A stretch of DNA of 64,000 nt from an uncultured Eubacteriales bacterium (GTDB lineage Bacteria > Bacillota > Clostridia > TANB77 > CAG-508): assembly GCA_949840345.1 (NCBI GenBank), contig CATKWX010000005.1, positions 31,977 to 95,976 on the forward strand. Reading direction: 5' to 3'. The notes beneath the pieces are model-generated. The model saw only the letters and a program-made list of their open reading frames with translations, was not told the origin of the DNA and ran no database searches. Shown here in pieces: positions 30,038 to 40,150 of this stretch. Within the stretch, counting starts at the first letter, position 1, and each line of letters begins with the position of its first letter. The translations under genes and the position numbers were made by a program.

Positions 30038-31348
30038 CTATTCTACTATTTCTGCTACTAAATCATATTCTTGCTTATCTATTATCTTACATTTTACAAA
30101 CATTCCTATTTCCAATTTTTTACTATTATTTACATATACAATTCCATCCATATCTGGTACATCAAATTCAGTTCTACCAACATAATATTTGCCATCAAAG
30201 GTTATATCTTCAATTAGTACTTCTAATTCTTTATCTATATATTTTTGTAAATTTTCATTTGAATTTTTTTGTTGTAACTCCATTATTTTGTTATATCTAC
30301 TTTTTTTAGTATTATGATGAATTTGTTCTTTTAATCTACTTGCTGGTGTTCCATCTTCTTTTGAATACATAAATGTACCAAGTTTATCAAACTTTGTATC
30401 CTTTACAAATTCATATAATTTTTCAAAATCTTCTTTAGTTTCTCCTGGGAAACCTACTATTAAAGAAGTTCTCAATACTACATTTGGTATTTCTTGTCTT
30501 ATATGTTTTACTAATTTTTTAATTGATGCTCCATCGCTTTTTCTATTCATCCTTTTTAATACAGTATCTGATATATGCTGAATTGGTATATCAAAATATT
30601 TACAAATTTTTGGATTTACTTTTACTAATTGAATTAAGTCTTCTGTTATAGTTTCTGGATATGCATATAAAAATCTAATCCATTTAAATTCCTTTATTTG
30701 ACTTAGTTTTTCTAATAGTTCGGTAAGCTTAGGTTCCCCATAAATATCTATTCCATATTTTGTTGTATCTTGTGCAATTACTATTATTTCTTTATACCCT
30801 TTTTTAGCTAGCATTTTTGCTTCTTCTAATACATCCTCCATCTTTCTACTTATGTATGGACCTCTAATATATGGTATTGCACAATACGTGCATCTATTGC
30901 TACAACCTTCTGCAATTTTTAAATATGCTGTTGTGTTACCAGTTGTTACTACCCTATCCATATAGTCTAAACAGGTTGCTTGTTCTTTAGTTCTTTTGTT
31001 AATTAGTTCCTCTATTTTTTTCCAGATATTTTCGTATTCATCTATAGCTATAAATAAATCAACTTCTGGTAAAGCTTTTTCTAATTCTTTTTTGTACCTT
31101 TGTACTAAGCAGCCTATAACTATTAAAAGCTTACATTTACCTGTTTTTTTGTACTCACTCATTTCTAATATAGTATTTATTCCTTCAACTTTAGCTGATT
31201 CTATAAATCCACAGGTATTAATTAATATAACTTCAGCTTCTTTTGGATTATTTACTATTTCATAATTATTGTTCTTGAACAGACCTATTACCATTTCTGT
31301 ATCTATTAAATTTTTAGAGCATCCTAGTGACACAAATCCAATTTTCAT
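30038..31348 (-). CDS. rimO: ribosomal protein S12 methylthiotransferase RimO (radical SAM)
   Basis: KIGFVSLGCSKNLIDTE N-terminus, CSNRCTYCAIP radical-SAM cluster, TRAM domain. Confidence 0.88.
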   Translation of the reverse strand: MKIGFVSLGCSKNLIDTEMVIGLFKNNNYEIVNNPKEAEVILINTCGFIESAKVEGINTILEMSEYKKTGKCKLLIVIGCLVQRYKKELEKALPEVDLFIAIDEYENIWKKIEELINKRTKEQATCLDYMDRVVTTGNTTAYLKIAEGCSNRCTYCAIPYIRGPYISRKMEDVLEEAKMLAKKGYKEIIVIAQDTTKYGIDIYGEPKLTELLEKLSQIKEFKWIRFLYAYPETITEDLIQLVKVNPKICKYFDIPIQHISDTVLKRMNRKSDGASIKKLVKHIRQEIPNVVLRTSLIVGFPGETKEDFEKLYEFVKDTKFDKLGTFMYSKEDGTPASRLKEQIHHNTKKSRYNKIMELQQKNSNENLQKYIDKELEVLIEDITFDGKYYVGRTEFDVPDMDGIVYVNNSKKLEIGMFVKCKIIDKQEYDLVAEIVE

Positions 31349-31493
31349 AAAAAATTTCTCCTACTTCTCTTTAATTTAGGTATTTATTATATCGTATTTT
31401 GTCGTATTTGAAAAGGGTTTACATTGATTTTTGTATTATTTTGCATATAAATAAAAAATGATATATGTTTTAAAATCATATATCATTTCTCGT

Positions 31494-32471
31494 TTAGCTT
31501 ATTTTCTTTTTATACTCTTCAATTATCTTTTTATTTTGTTTAAATACAACTGAATAAATTAAATAGTTTTCCCATAGTATTAATTCATCTTTGGATTTAT
31601 CTTCTAAATTACTATAGTCTTTTAAATAATTTTTAAGTCCTTCTAAATTTTCATTAAGCTGTTTAGCCTTTTTATTACGTATGTATGGGCTTTTTTTATT
31701 CATAAAGTAATATGTACATATATAAACAATTATTGCGAATGGAGATACTGTACTTAATAAAAATACAATAATTTCGGTTATTAATAAATACTCTTCTTCT
31801 AAAACTGTAGATAAAAACATTGGAATTATACGAATTAATATAAGAATTAGTATAATTATAAGAATTCCTTTTATTATAGTTTGCTTTATTGATTTTCTCT
31901 CTTCTAATAATCCCTTTTCTTTGCAGTCTTGTATTATATTCTTTTCATACTCTGACATACTAATTCTTTTTAAATTACTATTTTTTATACAATTATATAT
32001 GTAAGTTTCGTTTTTATCTAGTTTCTCTATGTTTTCACTTACTATTTCAACTTTATCATTTAGTTTTATAATTCCTTTTAATTCTAAACTCATTAATGTC
32101 GCAATAATTGTACTTTCATCAATTTTAAAATCATCAATATAGCTTAATACACCTATAGAATACTCTTCTATTATATCCCTATAATAGTTTTCATATTTTT
32201 TTAAATCTGATTTATCTAATTTATGCTTATAAAATTTTGATACGGCAATTCTTATGCCTAAATATAGTACTACCCACCAAAATTCTGCAAATATTGCTAC
32301 TAAAAATGATAAAAATATTTTAACAAATTGCTCTAATACTACATTTTCTTCTTCAAATTCTATTATCATTCTTTCATCAGTCATGCCAATTATTGCAATT
32401 ACAGTTATAAATACCATTAATATTATAAACATTACATCTATAATTTTAATTATCTTTCTTTTTCTATTCAT
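31494..32471 (-). CDS. multi-pass membrane protein, unknown function
   Basis: ATG 32471 (GGAGAGG upstream). TM helices at both ends flank a soluble segment. Confidence 0.55.
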   Translation of the reverse strand: MNRKRKIIKIIDVMFIILMVFITVIAIIGMTDERMIIEFEEENVVLEQFVKIFLSFLVAIFAEFWWVVLYLGIRIAVSKFYKHKLDKSDLKKYENYYRDIIEEYSIGVLSYIDDFKIDESTIIATLMSLELKGIIKLNDKVEIVSENIEKLDKNETYIYNCIKNSNLKRISMSEYEKNIIQDCKEKGLLEERKSIKQTIIKGILIIILILILIRIIPMFLSTVLEEEYLLITEIIVFLLSTVSPFAIIVYICTYYFMNKKSPYIRNKKAKQLNENLEGLKNYLKDYSNLEDKSKDELILWENYLIYSVVFKQNKKIIEEYKKKIS

Positions 32472-32545
32472 TGACCTCTCCATTTAATATTATATTGTAC
32501 ATTATAACATTAAATATATAGGGTTTCAATAATAGAATATATTTT

Positions 32546-33844
32546 TTACCATCCTGTTCTAGGAAGTTTTAGTGGTTCTGGTGTTTCTATGATTTCTGGC
32601 ACTTCTGGAACAACTGGCTTTTCTGGTATTTCTGGTTCTTCTGGTTTTGGTATCTTTTCGTTTGTTATTACTACATTTTTTTCTTCGTTTAATTCTAAAG
32701 TTATTTCTATTAATTCACTATTAATCTCATAACCTTCTATAGTTTCTATTTCTTGAATATAATACGTTCCCGGAATTATATTGTTTATTTCGATAATTCC
32801 TAATTCATCTGTTTGCAGATTTTCAAATATTATGTTTTTATTGGAATCTAGTATATTAAATTTTACTCCTGGTAAAATGTTGCCTTCTAAATCTTGTTTT
32901 TCTAGAATTAACTTTGTTTTATTTTTTGGATATTGAATTAATTCCTTTGTTCCTTCTTGTTTTGTTATTCCTGCTGTTAATACATAGCTTTGTACTCCTG
33001 AAATTTCAGGCTCTCCTAAATACATTGGATATGAATTTACATTTGCTTGTACTTTTATTGTAAATTCTCCTTCATTTGTTAATTTTTCTAAAGGAATTAA
33101 TACTTTAAATTCTTTACAATTTTTAAATTTTTCTAATTTGTTATTTTTTAAATCTGTTATAATTGTATCCTCTGGTACAAGTCCATCTAATGTTACGCTA
33201 AATTTTGAAATTGTAGTTTGTGAATTTAATTTAATTTTTGTAGATAAATATTTATTATCAATTTCATCTATCTGCCAATCTTCTTTACTTAAATTTATAA
33301 CTGTATTTGTTGGAACTTTACCAGAATTTTTTGCTGACTCTAAAATTTTATACATTCCTTCAATAACTTTTTTTCCTTCTTCATTTTTATAAACAATTTT
33401 ATCTTCGTGCTCGTTCCAGTCTTCTAGAACATAAAACACTGCTAATTTTGTTGCAGCATATGCCTCATAGTTATTTAGTCCTTCTATTATTTTAAATGGA
33501 TATCCATTTTGAATAACTCTCCATACTGCTAATCTTTTACTTGGAATATTATTTTCATTAATATATTCTTCTGTAATTTTTACATTATATTTCCTCTCAT
33601 CTGTAATTCCTTTATGTGCATAATCTACACAGTACGCAGGATATTCCTTGCCATTTTTAGCATATACAGTATGGTATATTGTTAAATCTTGACCCCAATA
33701 TTCTACTCCTATATAATCCATCTTTTCTGTTGGATATAGTAACACACTTTCTCCTGTATCAACTGCAAAAACAGATGTCGAAATTGCAAATACTTGCAAT
33801 ATAATTAATAATACAATTGTTAGTTTATTTATTTTTACTTTCAT
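32546..33844 (-). CDS. secreted adhesin-like protein (TED-like N-domain, Cna-B/SpaA-type domain, Pro/Glu-rich stalk) ending in LPRTGW
   Basis: Signal peptide MKVKINKLTIVLLIILQVFAISTSVFA. YPAYCVDY and ..AATKLAVFYV segments resemble thioester-domain adhesins. GTYYIQEIETIEGYE is a Cna-B-type fold. An LPRTG motif sits 1 residue before the stop. Confidence 0.7.
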   Translation of the reverse strand: MKVKINKLTIVLLIILQVFAISTSVFAVDTGESVLLYPTEKMDYIGVEYWGQDLTIYHTVYAKNGKEYPAYCVDYAHKGITDERKYNVKITEEYINENNIPSKRLAVWRVIQNGYPFKIIEGLNNYEAYAATKLAVFYVLEDWNEHEDKIVYKNEEGKKVIEGMYKILESAKNSGKVPTNTVINLSKEDWQIDEIDNKYLSTKIKLNSQTTISKFSVTLDGLVPEDTIITDLKNNKLEKFKNCKEFKVLIPLEKLTNEGEFTIKVQANVNSYPMYLGEPEISGVQSYVLTAGITKQEGTKELIQYPKNKTKLILEKQDLEGNILPGVKFNILDSNKNIIFENLQTDELGIIEINNIIPGTYYIQEIETIEGYEINSELIEITLELNEEKNVVITNEKIPKPEEPEIPEKPVVPEVPEIIETPEPLKLPRTGW

Positions 33845-33895
33845 TTTTATCTTACCTTTCGTTTCAATTATTTATTTGTTTTTTAATATATATCC

Positions 33896-34017
33896 ATTTG
33901 AAAAAGAATTGTTATTTGGCTAGGCGTTCGAAAAAGAAATACCGGAAGCGTACTGGTTGTACGCTGAGGATTTTCTTTTGATGAACAACAACGCCAAATG
34001 GCAATTATCTTTCAAAT
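33896..34017 (+). repeat. family A MITE-like long hairpin, copy 4
   Basis: atttgaaaaagaattgttat..ataccggaagcgtactggttgtacgctgaggatttt..gcaattatctttcaaat. Overlaps the sortase stop codon. Confidence 0.85.
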
Positions 34018-34609
34018 CTCTATGCCTTGAATGCAACGCCTACACTCCGGCCTATTCTCCACACATGTAATTAATGTTATTCTGTTATCCTCTGTATTTT
34101 TCAGATATGTCCAATCTGTTTCATCTATTACTAAATTTTTTGTAACTTTGTATTTCTTAATTTCTTCATCTTTTTGGTATATTATTATATCCCCTATATC
34201 TAAACTTTTTATATTTTTAAAATAACTTTCAACTCCTATACCTCTATTATGTGCAGCCAGTCCTATATTGCCATCCATTGTACTAGTTCCGAGCAAAATG
34301 CCCTACATATTTTGCAATTACTTTTGCACTTGTTCCTTCTGATATATCTGCTGAAAGATTAATTTTAGGAATTTTTATTTTCCAAATATTTATTTTATCT
34401 TTTATAGCTTCAATATTTTTTTCTACCTCTTGTGTATCAACTATATTTTCTTCTGTGACTTGTGTTTCGATTACTTTTTCTTGTGTGTTATTTGCATTAC
34501 CAGTATTTTTCTTTTCAATACTCGCCCAAATTACACTTATAACTACATATATTAATACTGTTATTGTAAGTGTAATTATTAATACATTTCTTTTAGTATA
34601 ATTAATCAC
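34012..34609 (-). CDS. sortase-family transpeptidase; needs a +1 shift at in-frame CGG 34289-34291
   Basis: ORFs 34283..34609 and 34012..34296 join as ..AKYVGHFA-G-TSTMDGNIGLAAHNRG...ITLITC. The catalytic His and TLxTC Cys are only present in the joined product. GTG start with GGAGG upstream. Confidence 0.75.
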
Positions 34610-35034
34610 ACTTTTGCCTCCTAGTAAAAATTATAGTTTAGCTAGCTGCATTAATTTATACTGTTAAATTAACATGAATTACAGTTGTGCAAAAAACAAG
34701 CACAAGAATAAAATATAGAACACTGTAAAAAGAAAAATATAAATTTCATACAGCTTCTAAACTATTTTTTTGATAAAATTTTTTTGGAAATCTTAAGACT
34801 TTAGAATAAATTTTTAAGAATAAATTTATCTTTGAATTAATTCTTTTTCATTCTACAATACTTTACAAAATTTGTAAAGAACTTTCGCTCGACAAATTAC
34901 CGCAAAATAAGACATATTGGCATTTTGGTTGTGCGTCTTTTAAGAAATATATGCTCTATTTTTCAATATAGGTTTCCTTTTTGAAAATATTGTGATATAA
35001 TTTTGAGTAGAATAAACGGGCAGAGTAGTGTCGA

Positions 35035-35062
35035 CGGAACGGCGAGGGCGCCGCTCCCTACA
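35035..35062 (+). repeat. REP-like GC hairpin (S1)
   Basis: c-ggaacggcg-aggg-cgccgctcc-ctaca followed by acatttgc. Confidence 0.85.
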
Positions 35063-35079
35063 ACATTTGCCGCGTTTAA

Positions 35080-35122
35080 GGAGTGGCAGATTTTTTTAAA
35101 ATTATATTTAATTGCATAATAA
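35080..35122 (+). repeat. module G (copy 2)
   Basis: Identical 43-mer to 25121-25163. Confidence 0.8.
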
Positions 35123-35172
35123 ACTAGCAATATATCAATAAAAATCTTCGATATTTGAAGGAGGAAGCAAAA

Positions 35173-35718
35173 TTGAAGTTATCATCTGATAATGAAACTT
35201 TGGCTGAAAATAAAGCTTTAATTTTATATATTTTAGATAAGATAAACAAACCAATATCTAATGATGCACTTTTACAGTTGGTATTAAGTATTGACAATAT
35301 GAATTATTTTTACTTTCAACAGTTTTTATTGGATTTATTAGAAAATAAATATATTGTTAATTATGATAACGAATATAATGAAAATGTTTATGAAATAACT
35401 AATGAAGGAAGGGAAACTTTAGCTTTAGTTAAAGATATAATCCCTGGAATTACTAAATTTAGAGTAGATAATGAATTTAAAGAAAACCTAGAACAAATAG
35501 AAGATTCCTTATCTATTACAGCAGATTTTATTCCACATTCTGAAACAGATTATAGTGTTAAATGTAAAATTGTTGAAAATAATAGAACCTTATTTGAAAT
35601 TACTACTTTTGCTGGTTCTAGAGAACAAGCAAAAAAAATAGCTGATAATTGGAAAGAAAATGCAACACAAATTTATCCAGATTTATTAGATACATTAACA
35701 AGAAACTATGAAAATTAA
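35173..35718 (+). CDS. DUF4364-like winged-helix protein
   Basis: TTG 35173 with AAGGAGG upstream. Sequence is typical of a clostridial DUF4364 family member. Confidence 0.65.
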   Translation: MKLSSDNETLAENKALILYILDKINKPISNDALLQLVLSIDNMNYFYFQQFLLDLLENKYIVNYDNEYNENVYEITNEGRETLALVKDIIPGITKFRVDNEFKENLEQIEDSLSITADFIPHSETDYSVKCKIVENNRTLFEITTFAGSREQAKKIADNWKENATQIYPDLLDTLTRNYEN

Positions 35719-35747
35719 TCACAGTATTTGCAATATATTTATCATAG

Positions 35748-35771
35748 AGGCATGCCGATGGCGTGCCTTTT
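35748..35771 (+). terminator. terminator after the DUF4364 gene
   Basis: aggcatgc-cgatg-gcgtgcct followed by ttt. Confidence 0.55.
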
Positions 35772-35844
35772 ATGTATTAAAAAATATTTTATTTTTTGTA
35801 ACGAATATAAATTACACTCGTCTATATATATGAAAGGGGGAAAA

Positions 35845-36333
35845 ATGGAAGAAATTTATGAAAAGTATTCAAAGCTAATATACAATTACTTATTTTCATT
35901 AACTAACAATATAGAACTATCCCAAGAATTGATGCAAGAAACATTTTATAGTGCAATTAAAAACATAAAAAAATTTAAAGGCAACTCTTCTGTAAAAACT
36001 TGGCTTTTTAGAATTGCTCAAAATAAATGGAAAGACTACTTAAAATCTGCAAAAAGAAAAAAAGAACTTCAATTAGAAGATAATTTAGAAAATATGATTA
36101 TGGAGCCGTCTTTAGAAAGTAATTTGCTTGAAAAAGATGAAATAATTTGTTTATACAAGTTTATACATAAACTAGATGAAAATACAAAAGAAGTTATATA
36201 TTTAAAGCTTAAATCTGATTTTAGTTTTAAAGAAATTGGAGATATTTTTAACAAATCTGAAGAATGGGCACGAGTAACCTTTTATAGAGGAAAACAAAAA
36301 TTAAAGGAGGATATTGAAAATGAAGGATTTTGA
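35845..36333 (+). CDS. ECF-type RNA polymerase sigma-70 factor
   Basis: ATG 35845 (AAGGGGG upstream). Region 2 (QETFYSAIKNIKKFKG..WLFRIAQNKWKDY) and region 4 (SFKEIGDIFNKSEEWARVTFYRGKQKL). Confidence 0.85.
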   Translation: MEEIYEKYSKLIYNYLFSLTNNIELSQELMQETFYSAIKNIKKFKGNSSVKTWLFRIAQNKWKDYLKSAKRKKELQLEDNLENMIMEPSLESNLLEKDEIICLYKFIHKLDENTKEVIYLKLKSDFSFKEIGDIFNKSEEWARVTFYRGKQKLKEDIENEGF

Positions 36334-37159
36334 AAAAGATAAAAATTTAAAAAAGCAAGTTCAATTAGGAATTGAAGATAGTATTGAGCTAAATCATTTA
36401 AAGAAAGTCAACAAGAAAATGAATTTACTACGTTATACTATATTTTTTATACTATTTATTATTGCTATCGTTTTATTGATTCTATTTGTTAGATATAACA
36501 AGGTAAACAATATTCTAAATAAAGCATATGATACGATTAAAACAGTGAGTAAATCTAATAATTATCAATTAATCGTAAAAGAGAGCATTTGTACTTATGT
36601 TACTAATAAAACTGTACAAGCTGAAAGCAAAATCTTTTACAAAGATGGAAGATTAAAAAAAGAATGGACAGTTACAGACAATGATATTTATAATGAAATT
36701 CCATATTCTACAACTAGTTATTATACAGATAATGTTTCTTCTAGGATAACAGTTTTTCATAACTTAAAAACAGTAGAAGAAAGTAATAGTATTTATGATA
36801 GTCTTGTTAAACAATTAGACAAAAACCATTTTATAATTAACTCTGCTATTTACTTTTATGACGAATTAAAAGGATTTTATAATATTTCTCTAAAATTGGG
36901 ACTAAATGTAAGAACAGATTACTTTAATAATGAAGAGTGTTATGTAATAAGAGATGAAGATGAAAACGAAGGATATTTTGAAACTTGGATTTCAAAAGAA
37001 AGTTATCTTGTGATTAGAGAAATATCGTCATCTGATATTCAATATGATGAAAGAACATACAGTTTAGTTTTTGACCAAGTAACTGATGAAGATGTGGATT
37101 CTTCTAACCTTGCAGAAATTTATAGTGATTATGAAATAAAATTAGGTGGTCAAAATTGA
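36320..37159 (+). CDS. single-pass membrane protein, putative anti-sigma factor
   Basis: Overlaps the sigma gene end. One TM helix (LLRYTIFFILFIIAIVLLILFV) followed by an extracytoplasmic domain. Confidence 0.5.
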   Translation: MKDFEKDKNLKKQVQLGIEDSIELNHLKKVNKKMNLLRYTIFFILFIIAIVLLILFVRYNKVNNILNKAYDTIKTVSKSNNYQLIVKESICTYVTNKTVQAESKIFYKDGRLKKEWTVTDNDIYNEIPYSTTSYYTDNVSSRITVFHNLKTVEESNSIYDSLVKQLDKNHFIINSAIYFYDELKGFYNISLKLGLNVRTDYFNNEECYVIRDEDENEGYFETWISKESYLVIREISSSDIQYDERTYSLVFDQVTDEDVDSSNLAEIYSDYEIKLGGQN

Positions 37160-37611
37160 TTAACGCATTAATAGTAGATGATAATTTAAGATATGTAAAA
37201 TACATTTTAAACTTAATTACATCTAATTTTAAAAACATTCATATTAGTCATATTGCTACTGACGGAGAAGAAGCACTAAACGAAATTTCATCTAACCATT
37301 TGGATTTAATCTTTTTAGACTTAAAAATGCCTACACTTAGTGGAGATGAAGTAATAAAAAGAACCAATAAACTAAACTGTATTACAAGACCAAAATTTAT
37401 AATAATTTCTGGCGACATGCCATCTTTAAAAGAATTAGGAAATTGCGATAATATTAAAAGTATTATTAACAAGTTAGAATCACCTGAATCTATATGTAAA
37501 AAAATAGAATATGTAATCAATGAAATAAATTATAACGTTCAAAAAGTAAAATCGCCACATGGGTCATCGAGGACGCCGACCCCTACAACGTTTGCAATAT
37601 GTTTTTCGTAA
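37156..37611 (+). CDS. stand-alone response-regulator receiver domain protein
   Basis: IVDDN..DLIFLDLKMP..IIISG receiver signature. TTG start overlaps the upstream stop. The last ~18 codons (..SPHGSSRTPTPTTFAICFS) are read-through into a GC hairpin repeat. Confidence 0.7.
   Translation: MINALIVDDNLRYVKYILNLITSNFKNIHISHIATDGEEALNEISSNHLDLIFLDLKMPTLSGDEVIKRTNKLNCITRPKFIIISGDMPSLKELGNCDNIKSIINKLESPESICKKIEYVINEINYNVQKVKSPHGSSRTPTPTTFAICFS
37561..37587 (+). repeat. REP-like GC hairpin (S2); left member of an inverted doublet
   Basis: gggtcatcg-agga-cgccgaccc-ctaca followed by acgtttgcaatatgttttt. Confidence 0.85.
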
Positions 37612-37630
37612 GGGCGACCATTGGTCGTCC
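37608..37630 (-). repeat. REP-like GC hairpin (S4) in reverse orientation; right member of the doublet
   Basis: gtaaggg-cgacc-att-ggtcgtcc read on the + strand. Confidence 0.8.
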
Positions 37631-37721
37631 GAAATATCTGTTATTTCAAGAAAAAAATCTAACTTCCCTAATACATAAAAAATGGATTATTAAAAAATAA
37701 TCCATTTTTTATGTATTGATT

Positions 37722-39110
37722 TTAAAATGTTATTCTTTCTTCTATCCATTTTTCTAAATCGTCTATTTTTACCCTTACTTGCTCCATTGTGTCTCTATCT
37801 CTTATTGTTACACTGTTGTCATTTTCTGTTTCGAAATCTATTGTTATACAGTATGGCGTTCCTATTTCATCTTCTCTTCTATAACGTTTTCCTATACTTC
37901 CTGCTTCATCGTAATCGCACATAAATTTCTTCGATAATTTTTCATATACACTATCTGCTTTTTCACTTAGTTTTTTAGATAATGGAAGTATTGCTACTTT
38001 ATATGGTGCAAGTGCAGGATGTAAGTGTAACACTGTTCTTGTATCTCCTTCTGCTATAACTTGTTCTTCATAAGCATTGCAAACCATTGCTAGGAATATT
38101 CTATCAACACCAACAGCTGGCTCTACACAATATGGTACATATTTTTCGTTTGTTTCTGGGTCTAAATATGTTAGATCTTGTTTAGAAGCTTCCATATGTC
38201 TTGATAAATCATAGTCTGTTCTATCTGCTATTCCCCATAATTCTCCCCATCCAAATGGGAATAAAAATTCTATATCTGTTGTTCCTTTGCTATAGAAAGA
38301 TAACTCCTCTTTTGAGTGTTCTCTTAATCTTAAATTTTCTTCTTTAATTCCTAAATTTACTAACCAATTTTTACAGAATTTCTTCCAATATTCATACCAT
38401 TCTAAATCTGTTCCAGGCTTACAGAAAAATTCTAATTCCATTTGTTCAAATTCTCTAGTTCTAAATATAAAGTTTCCTGGTGTTATTTCATTTCTAAAAG
38501 AACGTCCCATTTGGCCAATTCCCATTGGCATTTTTCTTCTAGTTGTTCTTAAAACATTTTTAAAATCTACAAACATTCCTTGTGCTGTTTCTGGTCTTAA
38601 ATATACTTCGGATTTTGCATCTTCTGTAACTCCCATAAATGTTTTAAACATTAAATTGAATTTTCTTATCTCAGTAAATTCTTGTTTTCCACAATTTGGA
38701 CAAACAATGTTATTTTCTTTTATGAAATCTACTAATTGCTCATTTGTCCAACCATCTAATCCTGATATATCTTTTCCTTGTTTAAAGCCCCATTCTTCTA
38801 TTAATTTATCTGCTCTATGTCTAGTTTTGCAAGCTTTACAGTCTATTAATGGATCTGAAAATCCGCCAACATGACCTGTTGTAACCCAAACCTCTGGATT
38901 CATAATAATAGCTGCATCAATACCTACGTTATATCTATTTTCTGTTATAAATTTTTTCCACCATGCATCTTTAATATTTTTCTTAAGTTCTGCTCCTAAT
39001 GGTCCGTAATCCCAAGAATTTGCAAGTCCTCCGTATATTTCTGAGCCCGGATATACAAATCCTCTATTTTTACATAAAGAAACTATTTTATCCATTGTTA
39101 TATCTTCCAT
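37722..39110 (-). CDS. glyQS: glycine--tRNA ligase (homodimeric class II)
   Basis: Full-length GlyRS ([22 protein letters not shown]..). ATG 39110 with GGAGGG 7 nt upstream. Confidence 0.95.
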   Translation of the reverse strand: MEDITMDKIVSLCKNRGFVYPGSEIYGGLANSWDYGPLGAELKKNIKDAWWKKFITENRYNVGIDAAIIMNPEVWVTTGHVGGFSDPLIDCKACKTRHRADKLIEEWGFKQGKDISGLDGWTNEQLVDFIKENNIVCPNCGKQEFTEIRKFNLMFKTFMGVTEDAKSEVYLRPETAQGMFVDFKNVLRTTRRKMPMGIGQMGRSFRNEITPGNFIFRTREFEQMELEFFCKPGTDLEWYEYWKKFCKNWLVNLGIKEENLRLREHSKEELSFYSKGTTDIEFLFPFGWGELWGIADRTDYDLSRHMEASKQDLTYLDPETNEKYVPYCVEPAVGVDRIFLAMVCNAYEEQVIAEGDTRTVLHLHPALAPYKVAILPLSKKLSEKADSVYEKLSKKFMCDYDEAGSIGKRYRREDEIGTPYCITIDFETENDNSVTIRDRDTMEQVRVKIDDLEKWIEERITF

Positions 39111-39133
39111 TTTGTATCCCTCCAATGTTCTTT

Positions 39134-39162
39134 ATTATCTCAAAAAAGTATTTAAAAGTCAA
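39134..39162 (-). promoter_or_regulatory. putative glyQS promoter
   Basis: Minus strand: TTGACT, 17-nt spacer, GATAAT, about 25 nt upstream of the start codon. Confidence 0.45.
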
Positions 39163-39183
39163 TAAATTTTTTACTATATAATT

Positions 39184-39210
39184 AATAAAGAGCCCGAAAC
39201 TTTCGAGCCC
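39184..39210 (-). terminator. terminator after small gene 39219..39425
   Basis: Minus-strand GGGCUCGAAA-G-UUUCGGGCUC (with G-U pairs) followed by UUUAUU. Confidence 0.55.
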
Positions 39211-39218
39211 TTTAACCA

Positions 39219-39425
39219 TTACTTTTTGTCACTTTTAATTGTGTCTTTACGTACAAAAACGTACCTTCCATTCTTTTCAACCCATCCAAAGTCTGTATCT
39301 ACTTTTTTTTCAGTTTTATATGGATTAGGTCCCGGAGTATAGTTACACACCGTCCTCCGGCAAGTTCTGCCTGCTCTTGTATATATACATCTTTTGCATT
39401 GCATAGGCAAATTGCTACGCTCCAT
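39219..39425 (-). CDS. small basic Cys-containing hypothetical protein on an atypical-GC cassette
   Basis: ATG 39425 (GGAGGTG upstream). MERSNLPMQCKRCIYTRAGRTCRRTVCNYTPGPNPYK.. Higher G+C than the flanks; contains an in-frame CGG-A. Own terminator. Confidence 0.45.
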   Translation of the reverse strand: MERSNLPMQCKRCIYTRAGRTCRRTVCNYTPGPNPYKTEKKVDTDFGWVEKNGRYVFVRKDTIKSDKK

Positions 39426-39634
39426 ACTAAGCACCTCCTAAAGTTATTAATGGTTTATAACGTATACATTTAGATTATATCATAATAATAAATTAATTCC
39501 TAGTATTTAACATTAAAAACCTGTAATATATTTCTAAAATATTTCAGAATTATTACAAACTTATTTCCTTTTTATTACATTTGTATGTGTTATGTAACCA
39601 ATTTGCGTTTACACTATGCTTTTTGTGTAAAAGT

Positions 39635-39702
39635 TGTGGAAACTGTGGATAACTTTGTTAATAAGTTCCATTTGTGCATTTGACGTTTCATAGTTATCAA
39701 CA
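39635..39702. promoter_or_regulatory. small DnaA-box cluster
   Basis: Perfect TGTGGATAA at 39644-39652. TGTGGAAAC at 39635-39643. TTATCAACA at 39694-39702. Confidence 0.35.
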
Positions 39703-39807
39703 TTTTTCTTTAGTTACTACTTTATGAAAACTATTTATTTATTATTATTTTTATTTATGTGCACTGTATGTATGTTCGCAAAATTAGTATATTTTGCTTA
39801 CTCTTAT

Positions 39808-40101
39808 CTATATTTTAAATGGATTGGCTATTAAGCAATATATTATTAGCACAATTTGCGTAATTACTATTGTTGGAAATCCTATTGTGAACCTAAGTTT
39901 TTTTGTTTTATGCCTAAATTTATACATTCCTATTATTGAACCAATTCCTCCACCAAGTAATACTATAGAAAGTAATGTTACTTCTTTTATTCTCCATTCA
40001 TTTCTTTTTGCTCTTTTTTTATCAATGTACATAGCAACAAATCCTGTTAAATTTATTAGCAGTATGTATCCTATTATAATTAATATAATTTTATAATTCA
40101 T
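39808..40101 (-). CDS. DUF1294 family membrane protein
   Basis: ..DKKRAKRNEWRIKEVTLLSIVLLGGGIGSIIGMYKFRHKTKK signature. Confidence 0.75.
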   Translation of the reverse strand: MNYKIILIIIGYILLINLTGFVAMYIDKKRAKRNEWRIKEVTLLSIVLLGGGIGSIIGMYKFRHKTKKLRFTIGFPTIVITQIVLIIYCLIANPFKI

Positions 40102-40115
40102 GTTCTTTCCTTTCT

Positions 40116-40150
40116 CAAAAATCGAAAATTTTTGTATTACTTATTAACAC
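40116..40150 (+). repeat. T module variant, abutting the SD of the DUF1294 gene
   Basis: caaaaat-cgaaa-atttttg then tattacttattaacac. Confidence 0.7.

Noticed and set aside
34020-34060. A further recoding site at ccggag near the sortase 3' end
   Set aside because: CGG is not in frame there (agg ccg gag), and the zero frame gives a plausible sortase C-terminus (..TCVENRPECRRCIQGIEI).
39600-39720. Replication origin at the DnaA-box cluster
   Set aside because: There is only one perfect box, no dnaA/dnaN or AT-rich unwinding-element arrangement, and gene orientation does not switch here.
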